From assembly GCA_036803205.1 (NCBI GenBank), contig DAIRUS010000003.1:1-61900 (forward strand): a stretch of 61,900 bases of DNA. Direction: 5' to 3'. The notes under the pieces are model-generated. The model made no database searches. It had not been told where the DNA came from and saw only the letters and a program-made list of their open reading frames with translations. Shown piece by piece: positions 34,581-43,681 of the stretch (positions are counted from its first letter, which is position 1; every line of letters begins with the position of its first letter). The position numbers and the translations under genes were made by a program. Source of the DNA: a bacterium (GTDB lineage Bacteria; Patescibacteriota; Minisyncoccia; Minisyncoccales; GBS-2).

Positions 34581-36414
34581 CTACAGTCACGCTTTTAGCT
34601 AAATTGCGAGGTTTATCTGGATCATAACCTAATAAAAGAGCCATATAATAGGCAAAAAGTTGAAGGGGAACGACTGAAAGAATGGGGGTAAGCATTTCCA
34701 AGGTTTTGGGAACAGCAAAGAAATCATTGACTATTTTTTTTATTTTTTTATCTCCTTCATTAACGATTGCTAAAACTTTTCCTTGTCTGGTTTTAATTTC
34801 CTCAATGTTAGAAATCATTTTTTCATAAACTGAATCCAAGGGGCAGATTGCCACCGTGGGAAAGTCTTCGTCAATTAAAGCAATAGGTCCATGTTTCATT
34901 TCGCCAGCCGGATAACCTTCAGCATGCAAATAAGAAATTTCTTTTAACTTTAAAGCTCCCTCTAAAGAAATGGGGAAATTGTATTTTCGTCCCAAAAAAA
35001 GAAAATTTTTATATTTTGAATATTTTTGGGCTAAATTTTTAATTTCTTCTTTTCTCCTCAAAATTTTTTTTACCAAATTTGGTAATTTCAAAAGCTCCCC
35101 TAAAATCTTTTTCCCTCTTTTTAAAGACATTCCTCTTTTTCGGCCCAAAAAAACTGTTAATAAAGCCAAAATAGTCAATTGGGAGACAAAAGTTTTAGTA
35201 GCTGCTACCCCAATTTCCGGACCAGCATGATTGTAAATTCCCGCCTCTACTTCTCTGGCAATAGATGAACCGACAATATTTACAATTCCTAAAGTCAAAA
35301 TTCCTCTTTTCTTTGCTTCTTTGACGGCAAAAAGAGTATCGGCAGTTTCTCCAGATTGGGAAATAGCTAAAACTGCTTCATCTTTTGTTAAAATTGGTTT
35401 TTTGTATTTAAATTCAGAAGCATTTTCAACTTCTACTGGCAAATTGGCATACTCTTCAAGCATATATTCTCCCACTCTTCCTGCCAAAAGAGCTGTGCCC
35501 ATCCCAATGATTGTGAATTTTTCAATTTTTTTTAATTTTTCTTCAATCATTTCTAATCCTCCCAATTTTACTAATCCCTTTTTTAAAATTATCCTTCCCC
35601 TTAAGGCATTTTCAATTGTTTCTGGTTCTTCCATAATTTCCTTGAGCATAAAATGGGGAAAGTTTCTCTTTTCTACTTCTCTTGGCTTCCAGTCAAGATA
35701 ATGAGAAGTTTTGTTGATGATTTTTTGATCAAAGTCAAAAATTTCCAAATGGTCTTTGGTCATAACTCCCATTTCTCCATCTTCGAGGTAGATTACTTTT
35801 TTGGTCCGGGCTAAAATTGCCGGTGTGTCTGAAGCCAAAAATTTTCCCTCTTTTCCTAAGCCAATAATCAAAGAACTTCCTTTTTTAGCAAATACAATTT
35901 TTTGAGGATCTTTTTTTGAAATCACGGCAATAGCGTAAGCGCCAACTATTTCTTTTAAGGCAAGTGAAACTGCCTTTTCCAAATTCCCTTTAAAATATTT
36001 TTCGATTAAGTGAGACAAAACCTCAGTATCGGTCTCACTATTGAATCGATGGCCTTGTTTAATTAATTCTTCTTTGAGTTTTTGGTAATTTTCAATAATT
36101 CCATTGTGAACCAAAAAAATATTTTTTTGGCAATCGAAATGAGGATGGGCGTTAATATCGGAAGGAGTTCCATGAGTCGCCCAACGAGTGTGCATAATAA
36201 ATAAATTGGTATTTAAATTATAGCCGCTATTTAAAATTGCCTTTTCTAACTCCCTCACCTTTCCCACTCTTTTTACCAAACAAATCTCTTTTTTTTCTAA
36301 ATCGTACCAGGCACCACCAGCTGAATCATAGCCCCGATATTCTAAACGTTTTAAAAAATTAATTCCAAGTGTTATTTTCTTTGTTTTTCCAATATACCCA
36401 ATTATTCCGCACAT
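34576..36414 (-). CDS. glmS: glutamine--fructose-6-phosphate aminotransferase
   Basis: MCGIIGYIG N-terminal nucleophile and two SIS domains. C-terminus ...NLAKSVTVE. Start moved to 36414. Confidence 0.9.
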   Translation of the reverse strand: MCGIIGYIGKTKKITLGINFLKRLEYRGYDSAGGAWYDLEKKEICLVKRVGKVRELEKAILNSGYNLNTNLFIMHTRWATHGTPSDINAHPHFDCQKNIFLVHNGIIENYQKLKEELIKQGHRFNSETDTEVLSHLIEKYFKGNLEKAVSLALKEIVGAYAIAVISKKDPQKIVFAKKGSSLIIGLGKEGKFLASDTPAILARTKKVIYLEDGEMGVMTKDHLEIFDFDQKIINKTSHYLDWKPREVEKRNFPHFMLKEIMEEPETIENALRGRIILKKGLVKLGGLEMIEEKLKKIEKFTIIGMGTALLAGRVGEYMLEEYANLPVEVENASEFKYKKPILTKDEAVLAISQSGETADTLFAVKEAKKRGILTLGIVNIVGSSIAREVEAGIYNHAGPEIGVAATKTFVSQLTILALLTVFLGRKRGMSLKRGKKILGELLKLPNLVKKILRRKEEIKNLAQKYSKYKNFLFLGRKYNFPISLEGALKLKEISYLHAEGYPAGEMKHGPIALIDEDFPTVAICPLDSVYEKMISNIEEIKTRQGKVLAIVNEGDKKIKKIVNDFFAVPKTLEMLTPILSVVPLQLFAYYMALLLGYDPDKPRNLAKSVTVE

Positions 36415-36441
36415 ATATTGAATTATAACAAAAAAAGGGGG

Positions 36442-36470
36442 TTGACAAAAAGTGAGTAATAGCCTAAAAT
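36442..36470 (+). promoter_or_regulatory. sigma70-type promoter for ORF 36541-36837
   Basis: TTGACA (36442-36447), 17-nt spacer, TAAAAT (36465-36470). Confidence 0.5.
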
Positions 36471-36540
36471 GAATATGCCCCGGAAAGGAGGGGGAAGATT
36501 TTATTAGAAGGGGCAAAAAAAAAGGAGGAGGGAAACATTT

Positions 36541-36837
36541 ATGGCTGTAATAAGGGATGGCAAACTGGTGTTAAGCGGGGAAGAATTAGATATAATCATC
36601 GGAAAAAAGGTGATTAAGTTGTTGCTAACCTCGCGGGGATTGAATGAATACGGGCTTTTGCTCCTTTACACGCCCCAAAAAACCTCCAACCCTATGGACA
36701 AGTCCTTAACGGACATAAGTCTTCCAGTTCCAGAGGAGGTTTTATCAAAATTTCCCGAAGGAAGTTCCTTCGGGAAAGTTTCCAAAGTCTTCCATCCCAC
36801 AACAAAAAAACCCATCGGCATTGTTCTTTGTCCATAA
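36541..36837 (+). CDS. 98-aa orphan protein
   Basis: SD AAGGAGGAGGG, own promoter and terminator. No recognised family. Confidence 0.5.
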   Translation: MAVIRDGKLVLSGEELDIIIGKKVIKLLLTSRGLNEYGLLLLYTPQKTSNPMDKSLTDISLPVPEEVLSKFPEGSSFGKVSKVFHPTTKKPIGIVLCP

Positions 36838-36845
36838 GTTCTTCT

Positions 36846-36875
36846 AAGGCAGGTTTCTAACCTGCCTTTTTTTTA
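36846..36875 (+). terminator. intrinsic terminator
   Basis: AAGGCAGGTT-tct-AACCTGCCTT followed by a T-run. Confidence 0.75.
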
Positions 36876-37173
36876 AAAAACAACAGATTTTCTGATTTTC
36901 GCTCCTATTTATTTTGAAATTTTTTGCACCAATAGGTTAATAATTTTGTTAATGTCATTTTATTAAAAATAAAAAGGTTCCAAAAAAGAACCAAAAAACT
37001 AACTTTTTAAAAGCCGAAGTTCAAAGTTTTTGAAGTTTCTCTCAGTTTTTATTATTATCCCAAAAAGTCACCAATGTAAATAAGACTACAACCTTTAGGT
37101 CCAATTTTTTGTTTTAAATCTGGAATATTATCTATCCGCTTAGAGAAAAATCTATCCAGAAAAAAGGTTACGC

Positions 37174-39639
37174 CTAAACTACAAAATTTATCAATCTCCG
37201 GGGAATAAAAATTATTTTTTCAATCTTTTTTCCTTTTATCCATTTTTGAATTTTTTCACGAGATAAAGCAATTTCCTTTGCTTTTTCTTCAGAGATATCT
37301 TTTTCTACTTCAACTTTATCGCGGACCTTGCCATTAATTTGAATTACGAAGGTAAATCTCTCTTCTTTAATCAGTGGAGGCGCATATTTTGGCCATTTTT
37401 GTTTAAAGATTGAATTCTTGTTGCCGATTTTTTGCCAAAGCTCCTCGCTAATGTGAGGAGCAAAAGGAGAAAGCAAAATGAGAAATATTTTAATTGCCTC
37501 CTTGCCAAATTCTTTTTTCCTCTCTTGAACAAAATTCAAAAACTCCATAAAACCGGCAATGGCGGTGTTAAATTTCATTGCCTCTAAATCCTCACTAACC
37601 TTCTTTATCAGTTGATGAATTTTTTTTAAAACTTCTTTTGAGCTTTTTTGATTATTTTTACATTCTAAAATTAAGTTTTGAACTCGCTGCAAAAAACGAA
37701 ATACCCCCAAGATGCCAGCGGTTGACCAGGCAACCGTCTGGTCAAATGGACCCATAAACATTTCATAAACCCTCAAAGTATCGGCGCCATATTTTTTAAC
37801 TATACTATCGGGATTAATCACATTACCCAAAGACTTTGACATCTTTCTTCCATCTTCTCCTAAAACTATCCCATGAGATGTTCTTTTTTGATAAGGCTCG
37901 AGAGTGGGTACAATGTCAATGTCATATAAAAATTTATAAATAAAGCGAGAATATAACAAATGCAAAGTAGTATGTTCCATCCCGCCATTGTACCAATCTA
38001 CTGGTAACCAATATTTAAACAATTTTAAATTTTGAATTCTAAATTTTGAATTTCCAGCCATAATATAGGCGAGATAATACCAGTTAGAACCAGCCCAATT
38101 TGGCATGGTATCAGTTTCTCTCTTGGCTGGTCCTTGGCATTTCGGGCATTTGGTATTTACCCAATCTGAAATGAGGGCTAAAGGAGATTTACCGCTTCCG
38201 GTTGGTTGATATTTTTTAAGATAAGGAAGTTTCAATGGCAAATCTTTTTCTGGAATTGGCACTAAACCACATTTTGGGCAATGAATAATTGGAATTGGCT
38301 CTCCCCAGTAACGCTGTCTTGAAAAAACCCAATCTCTCAATTTATATTGAATCGATTTCCTCCCTACTCCTCTTTCTTCTAACCATTGGGTAATTTTTTC
38401 AATCGCTTCTTGAGAAGATAAACCACTAAAATTGCCCGAATTAATCAATCTGCCGTAATCAACAAAAATTTCTCTTTTTAAATCTTTTTCTTTTTTCTCT
38501 TTTCCCTCCGGAACAATCACTTCTTTAATCGGAAGATTATAGCGCTTGGCAAAATCAAAGTCCCTTTTATCATGGGCTGGTACCACCATCACTGCTCCTC
38601 CGCCATAAGTGCCTATTACATAATCAGCAATCCAAACGGGAATTTTTTCTTGATTAACTGGATTAATTGCCCAAATTCCTTCTAATCTTACTCCTATTCT
38701 CTTTTTTTCCAATTTTGTTCTTACAAATTCACTTTTTCTTTGTGCCTTTTTAATGTATTCTTTAATCTCTTTTATATTTTGGATTTTTAATTGTGATTTA
38801 TTTTTAAAAAGAGAAACAACAAAAGAATGCTCTGGCGCTAAAACAATCGCCGTAACGCCAAAAATGGTGTCTACCCGAGTGGTAAAAACTTTAATCACTG
38901 TTTGACTGGTTTCTTTTGAATTTTGCTCGTCGGCTAAAGGAAAATCTATTTCTGTTCCTTCGCTTTTGCCAATCCAGTTGATCTGTTGGGATTTAATTTT
39001 CTCGGGATATTCAACCTTTTCTAAATCTTTAATCAATCTGTCAGCATATTTGGTAATTTTCAACATCCATTGTTTTAATTTTTTTGGCCAAACTTTTGCC
39101 CCGCATCTTTCATGTCTTCCTTCAATCACTTCTTCATCGGCCAGTCCAATTTTACATTTGGGACAAAAATTAATTGGAATTTCGGCCTGATATGCCAGTC
39201 CTTTTTCAAAAAGTTTTAAAAAAATCCATTGGGTCCACTTGTAATATTTAGGGTCAGTAGTATTAATTTCTCTTGACCAATCAAAAGAAAGACCCAAGCT
39301 TTTCAACTGTCTTTTAAAATTAGCAATATTTCTTTTTGTGGCAATTTCCGGATGAATACCAGTCCTCACGGCATAATTTTCAGTTGGCAAACCAAAAGCA
39401 TCCCAGCCAATGGGAAACAAAACATTAAAACCCTCCATTCTTTTTTTTCTGGCAATAGCATCCATTGCTGAATAAGAACGGCAATGACCAACATGAAGTC
39501 CTTCAGCTGATGGATAAGGAAATTCAACCAAAAGATAAATTTTTTTCTTTTTAGAAAAATCCTTTGCCCTAAAAATTCCAATCTTTTCCCAATATCTTTG
39601 CCACTTTGGTTCTATTTTTTGAGGATTGTATTTTTCCAT
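37174..39639 (-). CDS. leuS: leucyl-tRNA synthetase
   Basis: FPYPSAEGLHVGH (HIGH), KMSKSLGN, CP1 editing domain. 821 aa. Confidence 0.9.
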   Translation of the reverse strand: MEKYNPQKIEPKWQRYWEKIGIFRAKDFSKKKKIYLLVEFPYPSAEGLHVGHCRSYSAMDAIARKKRMEGFNVLFPIGWDAFGLPTENYAVRTGIHPEIATKRNIANFKRQLKSLGLSFDWSREINTTDPKYYKWTQWIFLKLFEKGLAYQAEIPINFCPKCKIGLADEEVIEGRHERCGAKVWPKKLKQWMLKITKYADRLIKDLEKVEYPEKIKSQQINWIGKSEGTEIDFPLADEQNSKETSQTVIKVFTTRVDTIFGVTAIVLAPEHSFVVSLFKNKSQLKIQNIKEIKEYIKKAQRKSEFVRTKLEKKRIGVRLEGIWAINPVNQEKIPVWIADYVIGTYGGGAVMVVPAHDKRDFDFAKRYNLPIKEVIVPEGKEKKEKDLKREIFVDYGRLINSGNFSGLSSQEAIEKITQWLEERGVGRKSIQYKLRDWVFSRQRYWGEPIPIIHCPKCGLVPIPEKDLPLKLPYLKKYQPTGSGKSPLALISDWVNTKCPKCQGPAKRETDTMPNWAGSNWYYLAYIMAGNSKFRIQNLKLFKYWLPVDWYNGGMEHTTLHLLYSRFIYKFLYDIDIVPTLEPYQKRTSHGIVLGEDGRKMSKSLGNVINPDSIVKKYGADTLRVYEMFMGPFDQTVAWSTAGILGVFRFLQRVQNLILECKNNQKSSKEVLKKIHQLIKKVSEDLEAMKFNTAIAGFMEFLNFVQERKKEFGKEAIKIFLILLSPFAPHISEELWQKIGNKNSIFKQKWPKYAPPLIKEERFTFVIQINGKVRDKVEVEKDISEEKAKEIALSREKIQKWIKGKKIEKIIFIPRRLINFVV

Positions 39640-39697
39640 AAGATAATTTTATCTTACTTAAAAAATATTTTTTCTTCAAGAACATTGTCTATTTCTC

Positions 39698-39725
39698 TTG
39701 ACAATAAAGATTTAAATGATATAAT
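39698..39725 (+). promoter_or_regulatory. sigma70-type promoter with extended -10 for ORF 39763-40203
   Basis: TTGACA (39698-39703), 16-nt spacer, TGaTATAAT (39717-39725). Confidence 0.55.
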
Positions 39726-39762
39726 TAATTTAGCACCTAATTTAATTTAGGAAGGAGGGAAA

Positions 39763-40203
39763 ATGAATAAATGTATATTGTGTGGAAAGGGTAAAAGTAA
39801 AGAAGGTCATGTAGTGTGTAGTGAGTGTTATCAAAAATATCGGGAAGAAAGTGTCAGGGCCTTAATTGGTGGAAAAGCGATAACTTTAGTCAGTTGGGTA
39901 AAAGAAGAAGCCGAAAAAAGGCTTCAAGTTCTTCGAGAAGAAGTGGAAAAAAGTCAAGAAGAACTCCAAAAACTTAATACGAAGGTTCGAGAGGAAGCAT
40001 ACAGTTTCGTTACTCTTTCCCTTAAGGGTCAAAGAGTGCCTAAAGAGGTTTTCCAAGAGGCATTCAAAGAAAAAAAGAGGCAGTTGTGGGAAGAGGCTGG
40101 CGGAAATAGGCTATACTCTAAACACAAACAATTAGAGGAGAATGTCGTTAACCTCGAAAAATTCCTCACAATGGCCCAAAATTTGTCCAATAAAAACCCC
40201 TAA
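39763..40203 (+). CDS. 146-aa orphan: N-terminal zinc ribbon + coiled coil
   Basis: CILCG...CSECY, followed by E/K-rich heptad-like sequence. SD GGAAGGAGGG. Confidence 0.55.
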   Translation: MNKCILCGKGKSKEGHVVCSECYQKYREESVRALIGGKAITLVSWVKEEAEKRLQVLREEVEKSQEELQKLNTKVREEAYSFVTLSLKGQRVPKEVFQEAFKEKKRQLWEEAGGNRLYSKHKQLEENVVNLEKFLTMAQNLSNKNP

Positions 40204-40226
40204 GTTGTCTTAGGGGTTTCTTTTTA
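40194..40226 (+). terminator. intrinsic terminator overlapping the stop codon
   Basis: AAACCCCTAAG-ttgt-CTTAGGGGTTT followed by CTTTTT. Confidence 0.75.
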
Positions 40227-40355
40227 AATCTTTTCTTTTTTCTAAAATCTTCTTAGAGAAAAGCTGATTTCCAAACTTCCAAACAAAACTCTTCAATCTC
40301 CATTATTAACACAACTGTAATAAAAAAAGCCATGGCAATCTTATTACAGGAGATT

Positions 40356-41609
40356 TTATTTAAATGAGGATAATTTTTGAGCGATTTTGTTAGTTTCTTT
40401 TATGATTTTTTCTTCTCCTTCAATTTTTCTATCCCTCATTAAAATTTTTCCATCGCAAATTAAATCGGAAACACAATCTCCTGAGGCTGAATAAATTAAA
40501 TCAGAAAGAAAGTTATGTCCCGGTTTAAAATAAATTTTATTTAAATCAATTAAAATTAAATCAGCTAGATATCCTTCTTTGATTTTTCCAGCTTTAATTT
40601 GAAGAGCTTTTGTCCCATTTTCAGTTAAAATTTTTAAAGCCTCTTTTTTGTTAAAAATTTTTGGATCTTTTTCAATTCCCTTTTGTAAAAGAGAAGCGAT
40701 TTTAATTTCTCTGGTCATGTCCAAACTATTGTTAGAAGCCGGACCATCAGTGCCCAGACAAATATTTATTTTCTTTTCTTTAATTTTTTTGTAAGGAAAA
40801 ATTCCCGAAGCTAATTTCAAATTGGAAGAGGGATTATAAATTAAATGGGGTTTTCTTTTGGCTAAAATCTCTATCTCTTTTTCTGAAAGCCAAATTGAAT
40901 GAGCAAAAAGGCAATTTTTACCCAAAAAGCCAATTTTTTCTAAAAATTCTACCGGTCTTAATTTATATTTTTTTAAACTATACTCTCCTTCCCACTCAGT
41001 TTCTGCTAAATGCATGTGAATGAGAAGATGATTTTTCTCGGCAAAATTTCTTACCCAAATTAAATTGTCTTTTGAAACAGTATAGATTGCGTGAGGAGCT
41101 AAAGCTAATTTTATCGTTGAAGGTATTTTATTTTTTAATTCCTGAAAATTTTTTTCTGCATTTTCTCTGGTGCAACCTTTCAAAGAAATGTCTACTACTA
41201 CCAATCCGATTATTGCTCTCATTCCGATTGCTTTTATTGCTTCAATTTGAGCTTGAGGATAAAAATACATTTCGTTAAAAGAAGTTGTTCCCGATTTTAT
41301 CATTTCCAAACAAGCTAATTTTGTTCCCCAGTAAACATCGTCTTGGGTTAATTTTTCTTCCAGCGGCCAAATCTTCTTTTCTAACCATTCTTTTAATGGG
41401 AAGTCGTCGGCTATTCCCCTAAATAAAACCATTGACGAGTGACAATGACAATTAATAAAACCAGGTAAAATTGCCTTTTCTCCCTTGCCATCAATTTTTT
41501 GGTCGGCTTTAAAATTCAAATTTTGGCCAATTTCAGCAATTTTTTCTCCTCTAATAAAAACATCTTTTCTCTTTCCATCTAAAATTACATTTTTGATTAA
41601 AATCTTCAT
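40356..41609 (-). CDS. amidohydrolase, MTA/SAH-deaminase-like (MtaD family)
   Basis: FINCHCHSSM (HxH metal site), HLAET, GTDGPASNN. Confidence 0.7.
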   Translation of the reverse strand: MKILIKNVILDGKRKDVFIRGEKIAEIGQNLNFKADQKIDGKGEKAILPGFINCHCHSSMVLFRGIADDFPLKEWLEKKIWPLEEKLTQDDVYWGTKLACLEMIKSGTTSFNEMYFYPQAQIEAIKAIGMRAIIGLVVVDISLKGCTRENAEKNFQELKNKIPSTIKLALAPHAIYTVSKDNLIWVRNFAEKNHLLIHMHLAETEWEGEYSLKKYKLRPVEFLEKIGFLGKNCLFAHSIWLSEKEIEILAKRKPHLIYNPSSNLKLASGIFPYKKIKEKKINICLGTDGPASNNSLDMTREIKIASLLQKGIEKDPKIFNKKEALKILTENGTKALQIKAGKIKEGYLADLILIDLNKIYFKPGHNFLSDLIYSASGDCVSDLICDGKILMRDRKIEGEEKIIKETNKIAQKLSSFK

Positions 41610-42121
41610 AAAAGACCTTAGTTTATTTTAAATCAGGGTTTAGATTTTGCAAGAAAAAAGGGGCCGAAAATTTTGTCGGCGCCATCAATGAACTGACTCT
41701 CGGAAAAAGAGTTTTAGTTTGCCTTTCTCAAACAGTTTACTCACCGAACCTTCCCGATAAATCTCAGAGATGGCCAATGCTAAAAGTGGGCTACTGACAA
41801 AACTTTAAAAGGAAGACTATTTTGCAACTTTTCGGAAACGGCAAGAGTATTAGTTACTCCTATTTCTGAGAGAGGTAGGTTTTTAAGTGGTCAACGACCC
41901 TTGTTCCTGCGAAAATCCTTCAAATTAGGGTGAATGAAAATCTATACCAGCCATTCGATCCATACTGGTGTCTCTAAAAAGGGACAAGCAACTTGCCAAC
42001 AACAGTCATTCTTCCACGGTGGTCATTCTTCCGTGCTATTTTTGTCTGGCTGGCAAGAACCATTATAAGGAATTACCGCGGTGATTTCGCGGCTAGAAAA
42101 TTTTTTGCCGCATTCACTTTA

Positions 42122-42979
42122 TCAAATTTTGATTGAAGTGTTTAACCCAAATAATGTCCTTGCGTTTTGGGTTGTTTTTTCGGTTATTTTTTCTAAAGAT
42201 AAATTTTTGATTTCTGCTATTTTTTCTGCCACATATTGGATAAAAAGCGGATTATTTCTCTTCTCTTTTTCTTGGGGCGGAGTTAAATAGGGACAATCAG
42301 TTTCAATCAAGATTCTCTCCAAAGGCGTATTTTTTATATTTTTTTCAAAATTTATTCCTTCAATTTTTTTAAAAATAATTCCATTAAAACCAATATAAAA
42401 TCCGAAATCCAAATATTCTTTTAATTCCTCTAAACTACCAACAAAGCCGTGGGCAACTGCTTTTTGGGGTTTTAAATTTTCATTTTCCCTTAAAAAATTA
42501 ATTAAATCTCGATGGGCCATTCGGCAATGAAAAATTACCGGTAAATTAAGTTCTTTCGCTATTATTAATTGTTTTAAAAGCAAATCTTTTTGTTTTTGTT
42601 TAAAAAGCTTTTTCTTTGTTGTCGTCTTCGGTCGCCAATAAAAATCAAGGCCAATTTCACCAATAGCGACAACTTTTTTGAAAGAAGCCAATTTTTTGTA
42701 ATTTTCAAAATCAAATTCTTTTTCAAAAAAGCTTCCTTCAAAGGTGTCAGTTTTCATTTTTACCAATCCAGTATCTAAATTTAAAGGATGCAGCCCAACG
42801 GTGGCATAAATTGGAAAATCGAAGAACTTTTCGGCAATTTCTATCGCTCTTTTTGAAGTTTGGAAATTACTTCCGATATTAATTATCCCTATTTGTTCTT
42901 TTAAGCATTTTTGAATAATTTCTTCCCAATCATTTTTAAATGCCGGGAAATTTAAATGAGAATGGGTATCAAAAATCAT
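42122..42979 (-). CDS. tatD: TatD-family metal-dependent hydrolase
   Basis: MIFDTHSHLNF, EIGLDFYW, ETDCPYLTP. Confidence 0.85.
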   Translation of the reverse strand: MIFDTHSHLNFPAFKNDWEEIIQKCLKEQIGIINIGSNFQTSKRAIEIAEKFFDFPIYATVGLHPLNLDTGLVKMKTDTFEGSFFEKEFDFENYKKLASFKKVVAIGEIGLDFYWRPKTTTKKKLFKQKQKDLLLKQLIIAKELNLPVIFHCRMAHRDLINFLRENENLKPQKAVAHGFVGSLEELKEYLDFGFYIGFNGIIFKKIEGINFEKNIKNTPLERILIETDCPYLTPPQEKEKRNNPLFIQYVAEKIAEIKNLSLEKITEKTTQNARTLFGLNTSIKI

Positions 42980-43017
42980 TTTTTTTGTAAAAATATCTAA
43001 AAAAAGAAAGTTTTGGC

Positions 43018-43048
43018 AAGAGAAAGGCGGGGTTTTAGTCCCCCGCCT
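43018..43048 (-). terminator. intrinsic terminator after the 58-aa ORF
   Basis: Minus strand reads AGGCGGGG-gactaaaa-CCCCGCCT followed by TTCTCTT. Confidence 0.5.
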
Positions 43049-43056
43049 AAAAAGAG

Positions 43057-43233
43057 CTATTTGGGGTTTTTATTTTGCTTGCGATCGGCTGAACGAGAAC
43101 GCCCGCACTTGGTACACACCCAAAAAGATTCTTCTTGGAGAGGGGACCTTTCAATGATTATTGTTGTCCAAACGTGGCGACTGCTTTTTCCACAATTTCT
43201 ACAATACATTTTTTTTGTTTTACTCTTGGACAT
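43057..43233 (-). CDS. 58-aa zinc-ribbon protein (below the ORF-track length cut-off)
   Basis: My translation: MSKSKTKKMYCRNCGKSSRHVWTTIIIERSPLQEESFWVCTKCGRSRSADRKQNKNPK. SD AAGGAGGAGAAATG. Two CxxC pairs. Terminator downstream. Confidence 0.55.
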   Translation of the reverse strand: MSKSKTKKMYCRNCGKSSRHVWTTIIIERSPLQEESFWVCTKCGRSRSADRKQNKNPK

Positions 43234-43342
43234 TTCTCCTCCTTGTTTTTTCCTTGTTTTTTAACTTTTTCTTGGCGCTATCAGCCTCTCATATCTCCCT
43301 AACCTTTTTCTTTACTTCTTATTCTATCACCCCCCATTCTTT

Positions 43343-43433
43343 AAAAATTAAGACTCCCAGCTTCAGCTGGGAGATCTCTGCTTTAGAAGAATTCGATTTT
43401 TGTGTTTAATTTTTCCTAACGCAGAGATCTCCC
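43343..43433 (-). promoter_or_regulatory. attenuator-like pair of mutually exclusive helices
   Basis: A 13-bp perfect stem, 43421-43433/43369-43381, shares 5 nt (43369-43373) with the terminator-like hairpin CTCCCAGC-tgaa-GCTGGGAG (43354-43373), which is followed by TCTTAATTTTT on the minus strand. Confidence 0.45.
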
Positions 43434-43681
43434 AACCAGAAAGCAAACTTTAAGGCAAAAATTTTTAAATCAAAAACTAGTAAATCAAGCCTTTTGGTTT
43501 CTAAATTCAAAATTTCCATGTTTCTTAAACAATATTTATTTTAATTTTTCATTCTCCTTTGTCAAGAGTAAAAAGGATATCAAAAAATCTTTTAGAATAA
43601 AAAAGATTAAGATATTGGAAGGATTTGAGGTCCTTTTTCGCTTCTTTCAGCTGCTGGTTTTTAGCTCCTATTTTTATATTG

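Noticed and set aside
36415-36540. glmS ribozyme upstream of glmS, and T-box leaders upstream of the six aaRS genes
   Set aside because: The glmS 5' region is about 125 bp, and much of it is taken up by the divergent promoter, 5' UTR and SD of ORF 36541. The aaRS genes either overlap their upstream genes or have spacers that are short (about 90-125 bp), AT-rich and unstructured, with no specifier or T-box sequence.
38020-38060. Near-tandem 13-14-bp duplication (TAAATTTTGAATT x2) inside leuS
   Set aside because: It is an imperfect, AT-only, low-complexity duplication in a variable loop (…SKFRIQNLKLFKY…). This is consistent with ordinary slippage in AT-rich DNA and is not distinctive enough to report as a finding.
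43013-43409. Two plus-strand ORFs of 83 aa and 82 aa
   Set aside because: Low-complexity F/L-rich translations with no SD. The opposite strand carries a 58-aa zinc-ribbon ORF with a strong SD and a terminator, plus a structured leader, which explains the region better.
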